DNA of 64,000 bases from assembly GCA_963752285.1 (NCBI GenBank), contig CAVVXN010000005.1:608001-672000 (forward strand), in the 5' to 3' direction. Made by a program: the position numbers and the translations under genes. This document shows positions 40,854-50,139 of the stretch, in pieces (within the stretch, counting starts at the first letter, position 1; the number at the start of each line of letters is the position of its first letter). Source of the DNA: an uncultured Planctomycetota bacterium (lineage in GTDB: Bacteria > Planctomycetota > PLA2 > JAEUHO01). The notes beneath the pieces were generated by a model, which was not told the origin of the DNA, searched no databases, and worked only from the letters and a program-made list of their open reading frames with translations.

Positions 40854-40939
40854 GCCGAAGTGGCGGAACTGGCAGACGCAGGGGATTCAAAATCCCCCGC
40901 CCCTTACCGGGCTTGAGGGTTCGAGTCCCTCCTTCGGCA
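40854..40939 (+). tRNA. tRNA-Leu(CAA), CCA not encoded
   Basis: GCCGAAG...CTTCGGC-A acceptor stem, anticodon arm GGGGA-TTCAAAA-TCCCC, long variable arm, GGTTCGAGTCC T arm. Confidence 0.96.
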
Positions 40940-41365
40940 CGCCCCTTCCTGGCCTCCGGCGGCCAGCTCCCGCCTCCGGGCGCAATCGTGACCCCCGGGG
41001 CGCCCACCTCTCCCCGACGCGCCACGGGCGGGCGCCAGTACGTCAAGCATCCCCCCAAACCGGCTTGCCTCCCGATGCGAGGCTGGCAACACCAACGAGA
41101 GCCGCACGCACGTCGAGGCCTGGGAGGCGCCGCGCCGGCTCAAGGCACCGTTCACGGCCTCGGTGCGGCGCTCCGTCACTCCGCGATTGGGCCGACGCCA
41201 CATACGCCAGCGGTCGCGTGCGATCACGTGCCAGGACACAGCCCGCGGGAGCTCGCCACGGACTGCGAGGCGTGTTGAGTCACGGAGGGGAGACCTGGGC
41301 AAGCAGTCGCCATGTCGGATGTGGTTACGATGTCGTTCTGTGGGCTCTCGCGGGAGGCAATCTCA

Positions 41366-41983
41366 ATGCGATCACTGTGGGTCGTGACGCTCGTCTCGGC
41401 GGCCGTGGGCGGCGCTACAGGCGCGGCCCTGGGATGGTGGCTCCAGGTGTCCGCGGGGGGAGAGGGAGCTACGACGCGCGCACCGGGGGCGGACAAGTTC
41501 GCGCGGATCGAGCGACGACTCGATCGGATCGAGGGGGGCATGGCCAGTGCGGCGCAGCCGGTGACAACGCCGCACGGGGCGCCCCAGAGAGCCGATGGAG
41601 CGCGCACGGGGACGAACGAGGCGGAGGAGAGGCGATGGAAGGGCTTTGCTGCCGACCTAGAAGTCCTCAAGGAACGTATCGCGGCGATCGCGGCTGCGCA
41701 GGATCTACTCGAGGAGACGGTGGGTGTTCCACCTCGGTGGCCCCGCGACCCGGCCGCGGTCGAGAAGATCCGCGACGCGTGGCAGTCGAAGCTCGAAGAG
41801 ACAGAGACGGGGCTGTGGTCCGTGTACCCGCAGGGCCCCGATCCCCGCGGAGATTTTGTGGGCTGGTCGCGGTTCGAAGACCTCCGTCGGGCCAAGGCCG
41901 CGTTCGAGGCCGCCACCGACGCGGCATCGCTCCGCGCGCTCTCTGAGGGGGAGTTTTGTTACATCTTCACCGTTACCCGATGA
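41366..41983 (+). CDS. Hypothetical membrane-anchored coiled-coil protein
   Basis: GGAGG SD plus ATG, N-terminal hydrophobic helix, IERRLDRIE; codon usage less GC3-biased than host genes. Confidence 0.6.
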   Translation: MRSLWVVTLVSAAVGGATGAALGWWLQVSAGGEGATTRAPGADKFARIERRLDRIEGGMASAAQPVTTPHGAPQRADGARTGTNEAEERRWKGFAADLEVLKERIAAIAAAQDLLEETVGVPPRWPRDPAAVEKIRDAWQSKLEETETGLWSVYPQGPDPRGDFVGWSRFEDLRRAKAAFEAATDAASLRALSEGEFCYIFTVTR

Positions 41984-43112
41984 GCCGCGCCTTCGCCGCC
42001 TTCGCGTGAATCGGCGCTGTGAACCGATGCTGTGTTTCCCATCGACGTGCCCGGTTGGGGGTCGGATGCTTGCACCCTCTACGCGCTGGTCCCATGGGCG
42101 GATTGGCTCGGCGGCTACGACTCCGGCGACGCGTCCGACCCGTTGCGAACCCGCCAGCCTCGCTCCTGCATGCCGGAACGCCGCGCGCGCCGATCCAGTT
42201 CGTGAACTCGTCGGAGCCGGAGCATGCCACCCACTCCATGGACGTCACGCAGTTGATCTCGACGGCAGTGCTGAGCCGCGGCTCGCGATACCACGGGCTC
42301 CTGCTCTCGCCGCGGCGCGACCCGTCGTCGGGCGCCGACTACCTCGCGTGGCGGCGCCTGTTGGGTGGGCTCCCCACGCACGGAACGTGCACGGGCCTGT
42401 TCCAAGACTTCGAACTGAAGATGACGATCGCCCACGTGGCGTAGGTACCTCCCCGGTCCCGGCGTTGACCGTCTGGCGGTCGTGGGATCCTGCCCATGCA
42501 AGGGGAAGCGTCGTGAACTTCACGGCTCGCTTGCGTGCCGAGGAAGCGGGTCACCGGACCTGTGCGCTGGAGTCCCCTCTCGGCACCGTCATCTGGCCCG
42601 GGGTGGCCAGCTCGCGCGCCCGGGCGCCGGCGCACCCGGCCGCCGCCCACGCCCGATCGACGTGGAGGGAAGCGCACGGTGCGGCAAGGAGGCGGCGCCG
42701 TACCTCAGACGGTTCCCCACACCGGCCCTTTGTCCGTGACACTCCGGGCGGAGACGCTCTCGATCCATGCCGCGGTGCGGTTCCGTATCTACCTCGACTG
42801 CAGGCACGGCCGGATGTGGGGGGGCCCGTCGTCGCCGGTAGCGCACATCGTCCGCCGCCCTTCCTTCGTGCGCACGCTCTCCGGGTCGAGCAGGCCTACG
42901 GCGGCCACGAGGTGCGCGACGCCACGAAGGGGCGGCTCACGATCGCTCACGACGACCTGCTGGGCGCGGTCATCGACCTCGGTGCGGTGCCCTCTGGACT
43001 CGAGGAACCGTCCGGCGCGTGTCGCACGGCCCGGTCTACTACGTGGAGAGACGACGGCGAGGCCTCGGCGCACTGCGACCGGGACCGCCCGTAGCGCCGC
43101 CGCCGCGTCGGC

Positions 43113-44144
43113 TCAGACGCTTCGGCCGTGGATCCAGCGGAACGACACGGGTCTCGCGGCGCGAGCGGTCTGAGACGCACCGACCTCGCGGAGCCGCGCC
43201 GGAAGGGCCATCAGCGCGTCGCGCGCGCGCTCGGCCTCTGGCGGGATGTCCCCCAGGGACGCGAGACCGAGCGACGCGGTCAGCTGCTCAAGGTTTGCCG
43301 TGTAGTCGAGCCAGGTGTACACGCCGAGCCGCTGGCCCACGTCCGCGAAGTGCGAGAAGAGGCGGCGATCGTGTCCGTCGGTCATCCGGCGGGCCGGCAT
43401 CGTGATGCCGTGCCCGAGCGTGTCCTCGAGCGCCTCGAGGGCGCCCGCGGGATCCCGGCGGACCACTTCTCGGAGCAGCCCCGCGTAGACACGTTCGTGC
43501 CGCGCCTCGTCGGCCGCGATCGTCCCGCAGATCCGGTGGAGGCGCGACGCCCCCGCGCGACCGACGATCGCGCCGAGCTGGCTCCAGGAGGTCTTCGTCG
43601 CGTGCTCCTGGAACGCGGCGTACGAGAGGCCGCGGTACGGGTCGGTGTCGGCGCGCGTGTCGAAGCCCTCGCGGATCAGGTGCTGGACGGTCTGCTCGAC
43701 GGACCGGACGTCCACGCGACCCGAGAGGAGCAGGTACCCGCGCGAGACGTCGCCGTGCCGCTTCTCTTCCGCGGTCCAGCCTCGGCTCCAGCGCGCCCAT
43801 GCGTGCGTCTCGACCCCCGTGCGGTCCGTCATGCCGTCGAAGCGGTTGAGCGCGGTCTGATACGACGGCAGGGCCTCCTCCGTGACGACGTTCCCCACGA
43901 GCACCACGAGCATGTCGTCGCTGAGGGCGGCCGCCTCGGCGCGAAGGGACTCCACCTCCTCCCGCCAGCCCTCAGCCTGGAGGTCGGGCAGGAAGTCCGA
44001 GGGCTGCCAGCAGGACTCGACGCTGCGGAGCTGGGGAAGCAGGGACTCGACGGTCGGCGCGAGCTCGCGCATCAAGGACAGGCGTTCGGGGGTCACAGGC
44101 GCTCCCTTTGCGGCTGCGGGTACGGGGTCGCCACGGGCAATCAC
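43113..44144 (-). CDS. Soluble acyl-ACP desaturase (di-iron, plant stearoyl-ACP desaturase type)
   Basis: WQPSDFLPD, TEEALPSY, WTAEEKRHGD, LSGRVD, FQE, IAADEARHE, ITMPA, QRLGVYT, F.WI. Exact start uncertain. Confidence 0.93.
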   Translation of the reverse strand: MIARGDPVPAAAKGAPVTPERLSLMRELAPTVESLLPQLRSVESCWQPSDFLPDLQAEGWREEVESLRAEAAALSDDMLVVLVGNVVTEEALPSYQTALNRFDGMTDRTGVETHAWARWSRGWTAEEKRHGDVSRGYLLLSGRVDVRSVEQTVQHLIREGFDTRADTDPYRGLSYAAFQEHATKTSWSQLGAIVGRAGASRLHRICGTIAADEARHERVYAGLLREVVRRDPAGALEALEDTLGHGITMPARRMTDGHDRRLFSHFADVGQRLGVYTWLDYTANLEQLTASLGLASLGDIPPEAERARDALMALPARLREVGASQTARAARPVSFRWIHGRSV

Positions 44145-44533
44145 CTGCTGCGACAGGGCACCCGATCGACGGGGTGATCGTAGGGGAACAAGGCATTCCG
44201 GGCTTGCGGAAAGTCCGAACGAGGTCTCTCGAGTGGGGCCCGGTGGAGGGATCGGCAGGCGCCGAGCGGGGACGCGACGACCCTCGTCGATTGCCCGGAG
44301 GCGTCACCCCGCCGACCCGCGCGACCGAGGAATCCGCCTCGCAGGCCCCTCCATTGCGAATCCACGTGGGCGCACGTTCGAGGCGGCCCATGACGCGCAC
44401 GCGGGTCCTACATGCCGAATCGCACATGGCCCCACGGTACGGAGGTACATTGTGCGCGTTGCCGCGTGCTCAACGTGGGTACGAAGCGACATGGCCGAGC
44501 GGGCCGCCCGACGGGCGTCCCAGGAGCCGAAAC

Positions 44534-44803
44534 GTGAAGAACCCGAAGCGAACCAGCCGATCCGCCACCACCGACCCGTCCAATCCGAAGGGGTGGCCGC
44601 TCTGCGTTCGCGTCTACACCTCACGGCCCGGGAAGAAGCGCCTCGTCCGGCTGGCGGCGAAGAAGGGCGAGAAGGGCGGTTACACGGCCGCGCTGAACGC
44701 GTCCGGAGACCGGATCCAGGTGCACGTGGCCAACACCCCCGGCGCCGTCGGCAAGGCGGTCTTCGACCTCGTGAGCGGGGCGCACGGCATCCCCGTTCGC
44801 TAG
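44534..44803 (+). CDS. Small basic hypothetical protein (89 aa)
   Basis: AGGAG SD plus GTG; K-rich, host-like codon usage. Confidence 0.6.
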   Translation: MKNPKRTSRSATTDPSNPKGWPLCVRVYTSRPGKKRLVRLAAKKGEKGGYTAALNASGDRIQVHVANTPGAVGKAVFDLVSGAHGIPVR

Positions 44804-44856
44804 GACGTGGGCTCCGGGTGGTCCCGGCGGCACCGCGACGCTAGCGGTGCGCGCGG

Positions 44857-45822
44857 CTACTTCCAGGTCTTCTCGAGGTTCCAGGTCTCCGTGAAGCCGG
44901 GGATCTTCACGGGAACGTTCGGGCCCGGCTCCGCGTCGCCCTGATCGTGCACCTGCTTCCACGTCAGGTGCAACGGGCGACCCTTGCCGAGGTCGAACGT
45001 CAGGGTTCCCTCGATCGTGGTGGTCGTCGGGGGTTGCTTGAAGAGGGGACCGTCGATTCCCTTGGCGGTGAGTTCGTCGGTGGACGCGTCGCCGACGAAC
45101 ACGACGGTGGCCGTGTGCCCCTTCACCGCCTCGACGTGTCCCTTCACGATCTTCCCGGCCGAGGCCGGGCTCCCTTCACCCAGGGTCTCCAGGAGGAGGG
45201 CGATGCTCTCCCGCGCGTCGCCCTTCGCGCCCGCGGCGCCGACGCAGATCAGGGCCTGGAAGCGCGTCAGGTCCTCGACGGAGATCTCCCACTCCTGCCC
45301 GACCGCGACGGGGTCCCTCGGCAGGAGGAGCTCGACCGGGTCGATCGGCCCGCGCTCGAGCAGCTTCACGGCGAGCTCGGGCGGCTTGCCCTTCTCTACC
45401 TCGACCGCGAGCCCCTCAGCGTTCGGGCGAAGTCGAATCGTCACGCCCTGGAGCGTCGTCGAGCCGGCGTGCGACTTCTGCGCCTTGATCTTCGAGATCG
45501 CGATCGCGCGCTTGACTTCCGTGGCCGCCCCGTCCGCCGCGTCGGCGCAGGTGTCCGTCCACTTCTCCACGAGCTCCACGTCGCCCTTGACGAGGCTCGC
45601 CGCGTGACCCATGCCGCCCGCGAACGTCGTGACGCCCTTGTTCTTGCTCGCAAGGTCGAGCGTCTGCTCGACCTTCCACGTGTCGCCCTTCGCGCGCACG
45701 ACCGCCAACGTGCAGGTGGCTCCGGCGTCTTCCGCCCGCAGCGTCGCCGAAGCGGTCGCCGATGCGCCCACGACGACGAGCCCCGCCCAGATCTGAGTCC
45801 ACCGCCTCGGTCGTCTCATCAT
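44857..45822 (-). CDS. Exported hypothetical protein (beta-rich)
   Basis: Signal peptide MMRRPRRWTQIWAGLVVVG..A, LLPRDPVAVGQEW, GTLTFDLGKGR; GAGGAG SD. Confidence 0.7.
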   Translation of the reverse strand: MMRRPRRWTQIWAGLVVVGASATASATLRAEDAGATCTLAVVRAKGDTWKVEQTLDLASKNKGVTTFAGGMGHAASLVKGDVELVEKWTDTCADAADGAATEVKRAIAISKIKAQKSHAGSTTLQGVTIRLRPNAEGLAVEVEKGKPPELAVKLLERGPIDPVELLLPRDPVAVGQEWEISVEDLTRFQALICVGAAGAKGDARESIALLLETLGEGSPASAGKIVKGHVEAVKGHTATVVFVGDASTDELTAKGIDGPLFKQPPTTTTIEGTLTFDLGKGRPLHLTWKQVHDQGDAEPGPNVPVKIPGFTETWNLEKTWK

Positions 45823-46115
45823 CGTCGCTCCTCTCGATGCGGCAGCGCACGCGGGTCGCGCGGGATTTGGGGCCGATCCTCCCACGGGGGATGCCAGAGC
45901 GCGGCTCCACGCGGAGGGAAGCCTCCCCACCAGGACCACGGTCGATAGGACCGGAAAAGCGTTCCGGCCCCCCCCGGGGCGCGCCCTGGAAAGGGGCGCG
46001 CGTCCGCCGATCGAGGTCGCGTCGGCCACCTGGCCTCGAAGTGTCGGACGCGAGGGGTGTGCGACCACCGCCGTCGCTGGCGGTTCGCGCGCGCGGAGAG
46101 AGGCACTTCCCTGGG

Positions 46116-46124
46116 CGTGGTACG
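46116..46124 (+). promoter_or_regulatory. Extended -10 promoter of fabH
   Basis: TG-G-TACGCT about 100 nt upstream of the proposed start. Confidence 0.45.
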
Positions 46125-46222
46125 CTGTTCGGGCCCGCGACGGACGTACGTCCGGGCTCGCCGGGGACGGGCTCCTCTCGGGGGCTCGACCCGTTCTCCC
46201 CTCCGGGGAGAGAGGACGCACC

Positions 46223-47272
46223 ATCTCGCCCACCGCTCTTCGGGTCGGGTACCTCGGGTGCGGCGCGTACGTGCCGTGTCGAGAGATGTCCAACGCCGAC
46301 CTGGAGCGGTTCGTGGACACGAGCGACGAGTGGATCCGGCGACGGACCGGCGTCCGGTCGCGGCACGTCCTCGACGGCCAGGAGTCGATCCTGGACATGG
46401 CGGTCAAGGCGTCACAGATGGCCCTGGACCGCGCGGGGCTCGCCGCGACCGACATCGACGACATCCGCGTGGCGGTCAACACGTGGCTGCGCATCCCCAG
46501 TCTCGCGACCGCGCTCCAGCAGGCGATCGGGGCGCGACACGCCTCGGCGTCGGACGTGTCCGCGGGATGCGCGGGCTTCGTCTACGCCGTGGAGGAGGGC
46601 TGGCACAAGATCCACGCCGAGCGGAGCATGTACGGCCGGAAGACACGCGCTCTCGTGGTGGGCGTGGACGGGCTGTCGCACATCACCGACTGGACGGACC
46701 GGTCCACGTGCGTGCTCCTCGGGGACGGCGCGGGCGCCGTGGTGCTCGGGGAGGTCGAGGAGGGGGCCATCCTCGCGACGCACACGCACGCCGACGGCCG
46801 ATACGGCCACCTGCTCTTCTCGGAGCCCCCGAACGGGTACGAGGCGCCGTCGGGGGGCGCGCCCTCGATCGGGGCGGGCGGGCCGCAGCAGCTCCTGCGA
46901 ATGGACGGCCGTCGAGTGTTCGTCGCGGCCGTGGAGACGATGGTGTTCGACGCAACGCGCGTGCTCGAGAAGTACCGCCTCGCGTCGGGTCGCACGATCG
47001 GGGTGGGCGACCTCGACTACATCTACCCGCACCAGGCGAACCTGCGGATCATCGAGATGGTCGCGCAGCGCCTCGGCGTGCCCATCGAACGCGTCTACCG
47101 GGACGGGATCGCGCGGTACGGCAACACCTCCGCGGCGTCGATCCCGCTCGGCTACGAGGACGCGCGAGCCCGCGAAGACGACGGCGACGGGCCGTGGCTC
47201 GAGATGGACGTCGCGTTCGGGGCCGGGTTCGCGTCGGGCGCGATCCTCAGGGAACGCGCGGCGGCTCTCTGA
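46223..47272 (+). CDS. fabH: 3-oxoacyl-ACP synthase III
   Basis: GCGAYVP, DTSDEWIRRRTG, AGCAGF (Cys), LGDGAGA, HQAN (His), GNTSAAS (Asn), AFGAG. Proposed ATC start at 46223; first canonical start is GTG 46271. Confidence 0.93.
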   Translation: MSPTALRVGYLGCGAYVPCREMSNADLERFVDTSDEWIRRRTGVRSRHVLDGQESILDMAVKASQMALDRAGLAATDIDDIRVAVNTWLRIPSLATALQQAIGARHASASDVSAGCAGFVYAVEEGWHKIHAERSMYGRKTRALVVGVDGLSHITDWTDRSTCVLLGDGAGAVVLGEVEEGAILATHTHADGRYGHLLFSEPPNGYEAPSGGAPSIGAGGPQQLLRMDGRRVFVAAVETMVFDATRVLEKYRLASGRTIGVGDLDYIYPHQANLRIIEMVAQRLGVPIERVYRDGIARYGNTSAASIPLGYEDARAREDDGDGPWLEMDVAFGAGFASGAILRERAAAL

Positions 47273-47300
47273 GCCGGCTCGCGAGACGCGAAGGGCCCGC

Positions 47301-47336
47301 AAATGGAACGGGCCGGGAGCGTGGCTCCCGGCCCGT
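47301..47336 (-). terminator. Intrinsic terminator hairpin between convergent fabH and RRM genes
   Basis: 13-bp perfect stem ACGGGCCGGGAGC/GCTCCCGGCCCGT (47308-47336), followed on the minus strand by TCCATTT. Confidence 0.7.
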
Positions 47337-47358
47337 CCTGTTCACTCGCGGGGCGCTG

Positions 47359-47685
47359 TTACCAGCGGCCGCCGCGGCTCCCGCCGCCGCCGTAGCCGCC
47401 ACGGCCGCCACCGCCGCCGCCACCGCCACGCGACTCCCGGGGCTTGGCGAGGTTCACCTTGAGGTTCCGTCCGCCGAGCGACTGGCCGTCCATGCCCTGC
47501 ACGGCGGCCTGGGCCTCTGCGTCCCCACCCATCTCCACGAACGCGAAGCCACGCGGGCGTCCCGTCTCGCGGTCCATGATCACGTCGATCGACGTCACGG
47601 TTCCGAACGCCGAGAAGGCGTCCCGGATCTCGTCTTCCGACGTCTGGAACGACAGGTTTCCGACATAGAGCTTGTTCTGAGCCAT
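47359..47685 (-). CDS. RRM-domain RNA-binding protein with glycine-rich tail
   Basis: RNP2 KLYVGNL, RNP1 RGFAFVEM, tail GGGGGGGRGGYGGGGSRGGRW; AAGGA SD. Confidence 0.95.
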   Translation of the reverse strand: MAQNKLYVGNLSFQTSEDEIRDAFSAFGTVTSIDVIMDRETGRPRGFAFVEMGGDAEAQAAVQGMDGQSLGGRNLKVNLAKPRESRGGGGGGGGRGGYGGGGSRGGRW

Positions 47686-48019
47686 ACTTCCTTTGAATCC
47701 TTGAAATGCCCCTCGCGGCGCGAAATCCGCTCTCGGGGCCAGTACGTGTGCTGACCAAGCCACCAGAGCGAGCGCGGAGCGTGGGGGGGATCGAGATCCT
47801 GCCCAAGGGCCGAGAGCGACCGTAGGCCTGTCCCGTAGGACTCTACGGCCCCCGGAGGGTGCCCCGGCCGAAAAACGGGAGGGACCGCGCCTCCCGCGGG
47901 GGGCGGGAACCGGCGCCGGGGCCGCGCCCCGGGCCCATCTCAAGCGCCCCGGCAGGGTCCGCTCGGGGTCGGCCGGGGCCCCGGTCGGCCCGTCGGGCGT
48001 TCGCGTATCTTCCGGCGCC

Positions 48020-49288
48020 ATGCCCGTCCCCCCGCCCCCGGTCGCGCCCCGCCCGCGACGACGCCGTCGGCCGGGACTCGGGTGCCACCGGGACTTCCTC
48101 CTGTTCTGGGGCGGGGAGACCGTCTCGATGTTCGGCTCTCAGGTGACCCGCCTCGCCCTCCCGCTCACGGCCGTCGGGGTCCTCGGAGCCCGCGAAGAGG
48201 AGATGGGGCTCCTCGGGGCCGCCGCGAACCTGCCCTTCTTCTTCTTCGGCCTGCTGGCCGGCGTGTGGGTGGACCGCGCCCGCCGGCGACCCCTCCTCGT
48301 CGGGGTCAACCTGGCGAGCGCGCTCCTCCTCTTCTCGATCCCCGTGGCTGCGGTCTGGGGTCACCTGGGCATGGTCCAGCTCTACGTGGTGACGTTCGGG
48401 ATGGGCGTCGCGGGCGTCGTGGGCGGGGCGGGGTACCAGGCGTACATCCCGCGGCTCGTCGGGACGCGGCACCTGGTCGACGCGAACAGCCGGCTCGAGC
48501 TCTCGAGTTCCGCGGCGACGGTGGTCGGCCCCGGCCTCGGTGGTGTTCTGGTGCAGGCGCTGACGGCGCCGGTCGCGATCCTCGTGGACGCGGTCTCGTT
48601 CCTCGCGGCCGCGATGGGGCTCGCGGCCATCGGCCGGGCGGAGCCTCCGGTCGAGCCGCATCCCGGGACCTCGATCGCCCGACGCATTCGCGAAGGGCTG
48701 GGCGTCATCTGGAACGACCGCCGTCTTCGGCTCATCATGGCGTGCGGCGCCACGCACAACTTCTTCCTGAACGGCATGCTCTCCGCGATGTACGTGCTGT
48801 ACGCCGTCCGAACGCTCGGGCTGGGCCCCGCGGAGCTCGGTCTCGTCTACGCCGCCTCGGGGCCCGGGGTCATGCTGGGTGCGCTCCTTGCCGGTCGGCT
48901 GCGCCGCCGGTGGGGGCTCGGCCGAACGATCGCCCGCGCCCAGGCGCTGACCGGTCTCTCCCGATTCGTCGTGGCGGGCGCGGTGCTCGTCGCCCCACCG
49001 CTGGTGGTCCCCGTGATGATGACGGCGGAGGGGATGCTCGGGGTCTCGCGTCCGATCTTCAACGTGAACCAGGTGAGCCTGCGGCAGACGATCACCCCCG
49101 ACCGCCTGCTCGGGCGCATGAACGCGAGCATTCGATTCCTCATGTGGGCCGCGACGCCGATCGGCGCCGTGGCCGGCGGCATGATCGCGTCGCGCTTCGG
49201 CCTTCCCGCAGCCGTGCTCGTCGCGGCGACGGGCGGGCTCCTGGCGGCACTCTGGGTCCACCAGCCCGTGATCGCCGAGGTGCGCTAG
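48020..49288 (+). CDS. MFS transporter (DHA3/EntS-like)
   Basis: RDFLLFWGGETVSMFG, AGVWVDRARRR, ANSRL, RQTITPDRLLGR; about 12 TM. Confidence 0.9.
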   Translation: MPVPPPPVAPRPRRRRRPGLGCHRDFLLFWGGETVSMFGSQVTRLALPLTAVGVLGAREEEMGLLGAAANLPFFFFGLLAGVWVDRARRRPLLVGVNLASALLLFSIPVAAVWGHLGMVQLYVVTFGMGVAGVVGGAGYQAYIPRLVGTRHLVDANSRLELSSSAATVVGPGLGGVLVQALTAPVAILVDAVSFLAAAMGLAAIGRAEPPVEPHPGTSIARRIREGLGVIWNDRRLRLIMACGATHNFFLNGMLSAMYVLYAVRTLGLGPAELGLVYAASGPGVMLGALLAGRLRRRWGLGRTIARAQALTGLSRFVVAGAVLVAPPLVVPVMMTAEGMLGVSRPIFNVNQVSLRQTITPDRLLGRMNASIRFLMWAATPIGAVAGGMIASRFGLPAAVLVAATGGLLAALWVHQPVIAEVR

Positions 49289-49422
49289 GAGCCCGGCCGG
49301 GCCCGGGGCCTGGGCGGCGCCGATCGGCGGTCGCCCATCGCCGGCGTCCGGATTCGGGTCGAGTCCGCCATGTACCTCCTGACGGGCCGGTTCGACGACG
49401 CCGCCCGCGAGGAGGAGGACCG

Positions 49423-50139
49423 ATGCGACGTGCGATGCCGAGGGTTGCGTGGAGGTGGGCCGTTTGGGTCGTGGGACTCGGGCTGGCGGGGATCGGAGGG
49501 GCGAGGGGAGCGTGGGCGGAGCCGATCTCCAGCTCGGACCTGTGGGAGGGGGTCACACCGACGAGCTCCACGGGCGGAGCGCTGGCGGGCTCCGACCTCA
49601 GGAACATCTTCGGCGGGAACTACGGCACCGTGGAAGCAGGCGCGGGGCGCGCGATCCTCCAGGACGGCCACGGGGTCGGCTACGTACACGATCTCCAGTG
49701 GACGACGTCCTCGCAGGTCACGCTGGAGGCGTTCTCCCTCCATCTCGCGAACGACGGGAGCCAGAATCGCTCGGTGAGCCGCTTCGTGCTCTACGGGTGG
49801 GATTACGACAGCTCGAGCTTCGACCTGCTGTTCGACATGGGCCTCGGCTACCCGTACGGGTCGACGTCGTTGACGGTGGCCAACACCCGGATCGACGAGG
49901 AGGTGTCCGCCTACAACTTCTTGAATCTCGTGGCCGACGTCGGCCCGATCACGACGGACCGGTTCCTGGCGTACTTCGTGCAGCTGGCCGGCACGGTGGA
50001 CGGAGGCCCCCGAATCATCGAGCTCGACGGCTTCGACCACGCGCTCGTGAACCCCGTGCCGGAACCCGCGACCCTCGCCATGCTCGGGGTGGGGCTGCTG
50101 GCGCTGGCGTCGAGACGGCGATGGGTGCGCGCGGGGTAG
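49423..50139 (+). CDS. PEP-CTERM sorting domain protein
   Basis: Signal peptide; C-terminal VPEPATLAMLGVGLLALASRRR; GGAGGAGG SD. Confidence 0.9.
   Translation: MRRAMPRVAWRWAVWVVGLGLAGIGGARGAWAEPISSSDLWEGVTPTSSTGGALAGSDLRNIFGGNYGTVEAGAGRAILQDGHGVGYVHDLQWTTSSQVTLEAFSLHLANDGSQNRSVSRFVLYGWDYDSSSFDLLFDMGLGYPYGSTSLTVANTRIDEEVSAYNFLNLVADVGPITTDRFLAYFVQLAGTVDGGPRIIELDGFDHALVNPVPEPATLAMLGVGLLALASRRRWVRAG

Noticed and set aside
44205..44222. GGAAAGTCCG, resembling the RNase P RNA 5' conserved motif
   Set aside because: It lacks the preceding GA, and no matching 3' ACAGAA...CGGC motif is visible downstream; probably chance.
47380..47430. (CCG/CCA)n-like microsatellite
   Set aside because: Simply encodes the glycine-rich tail of the RRM protein.
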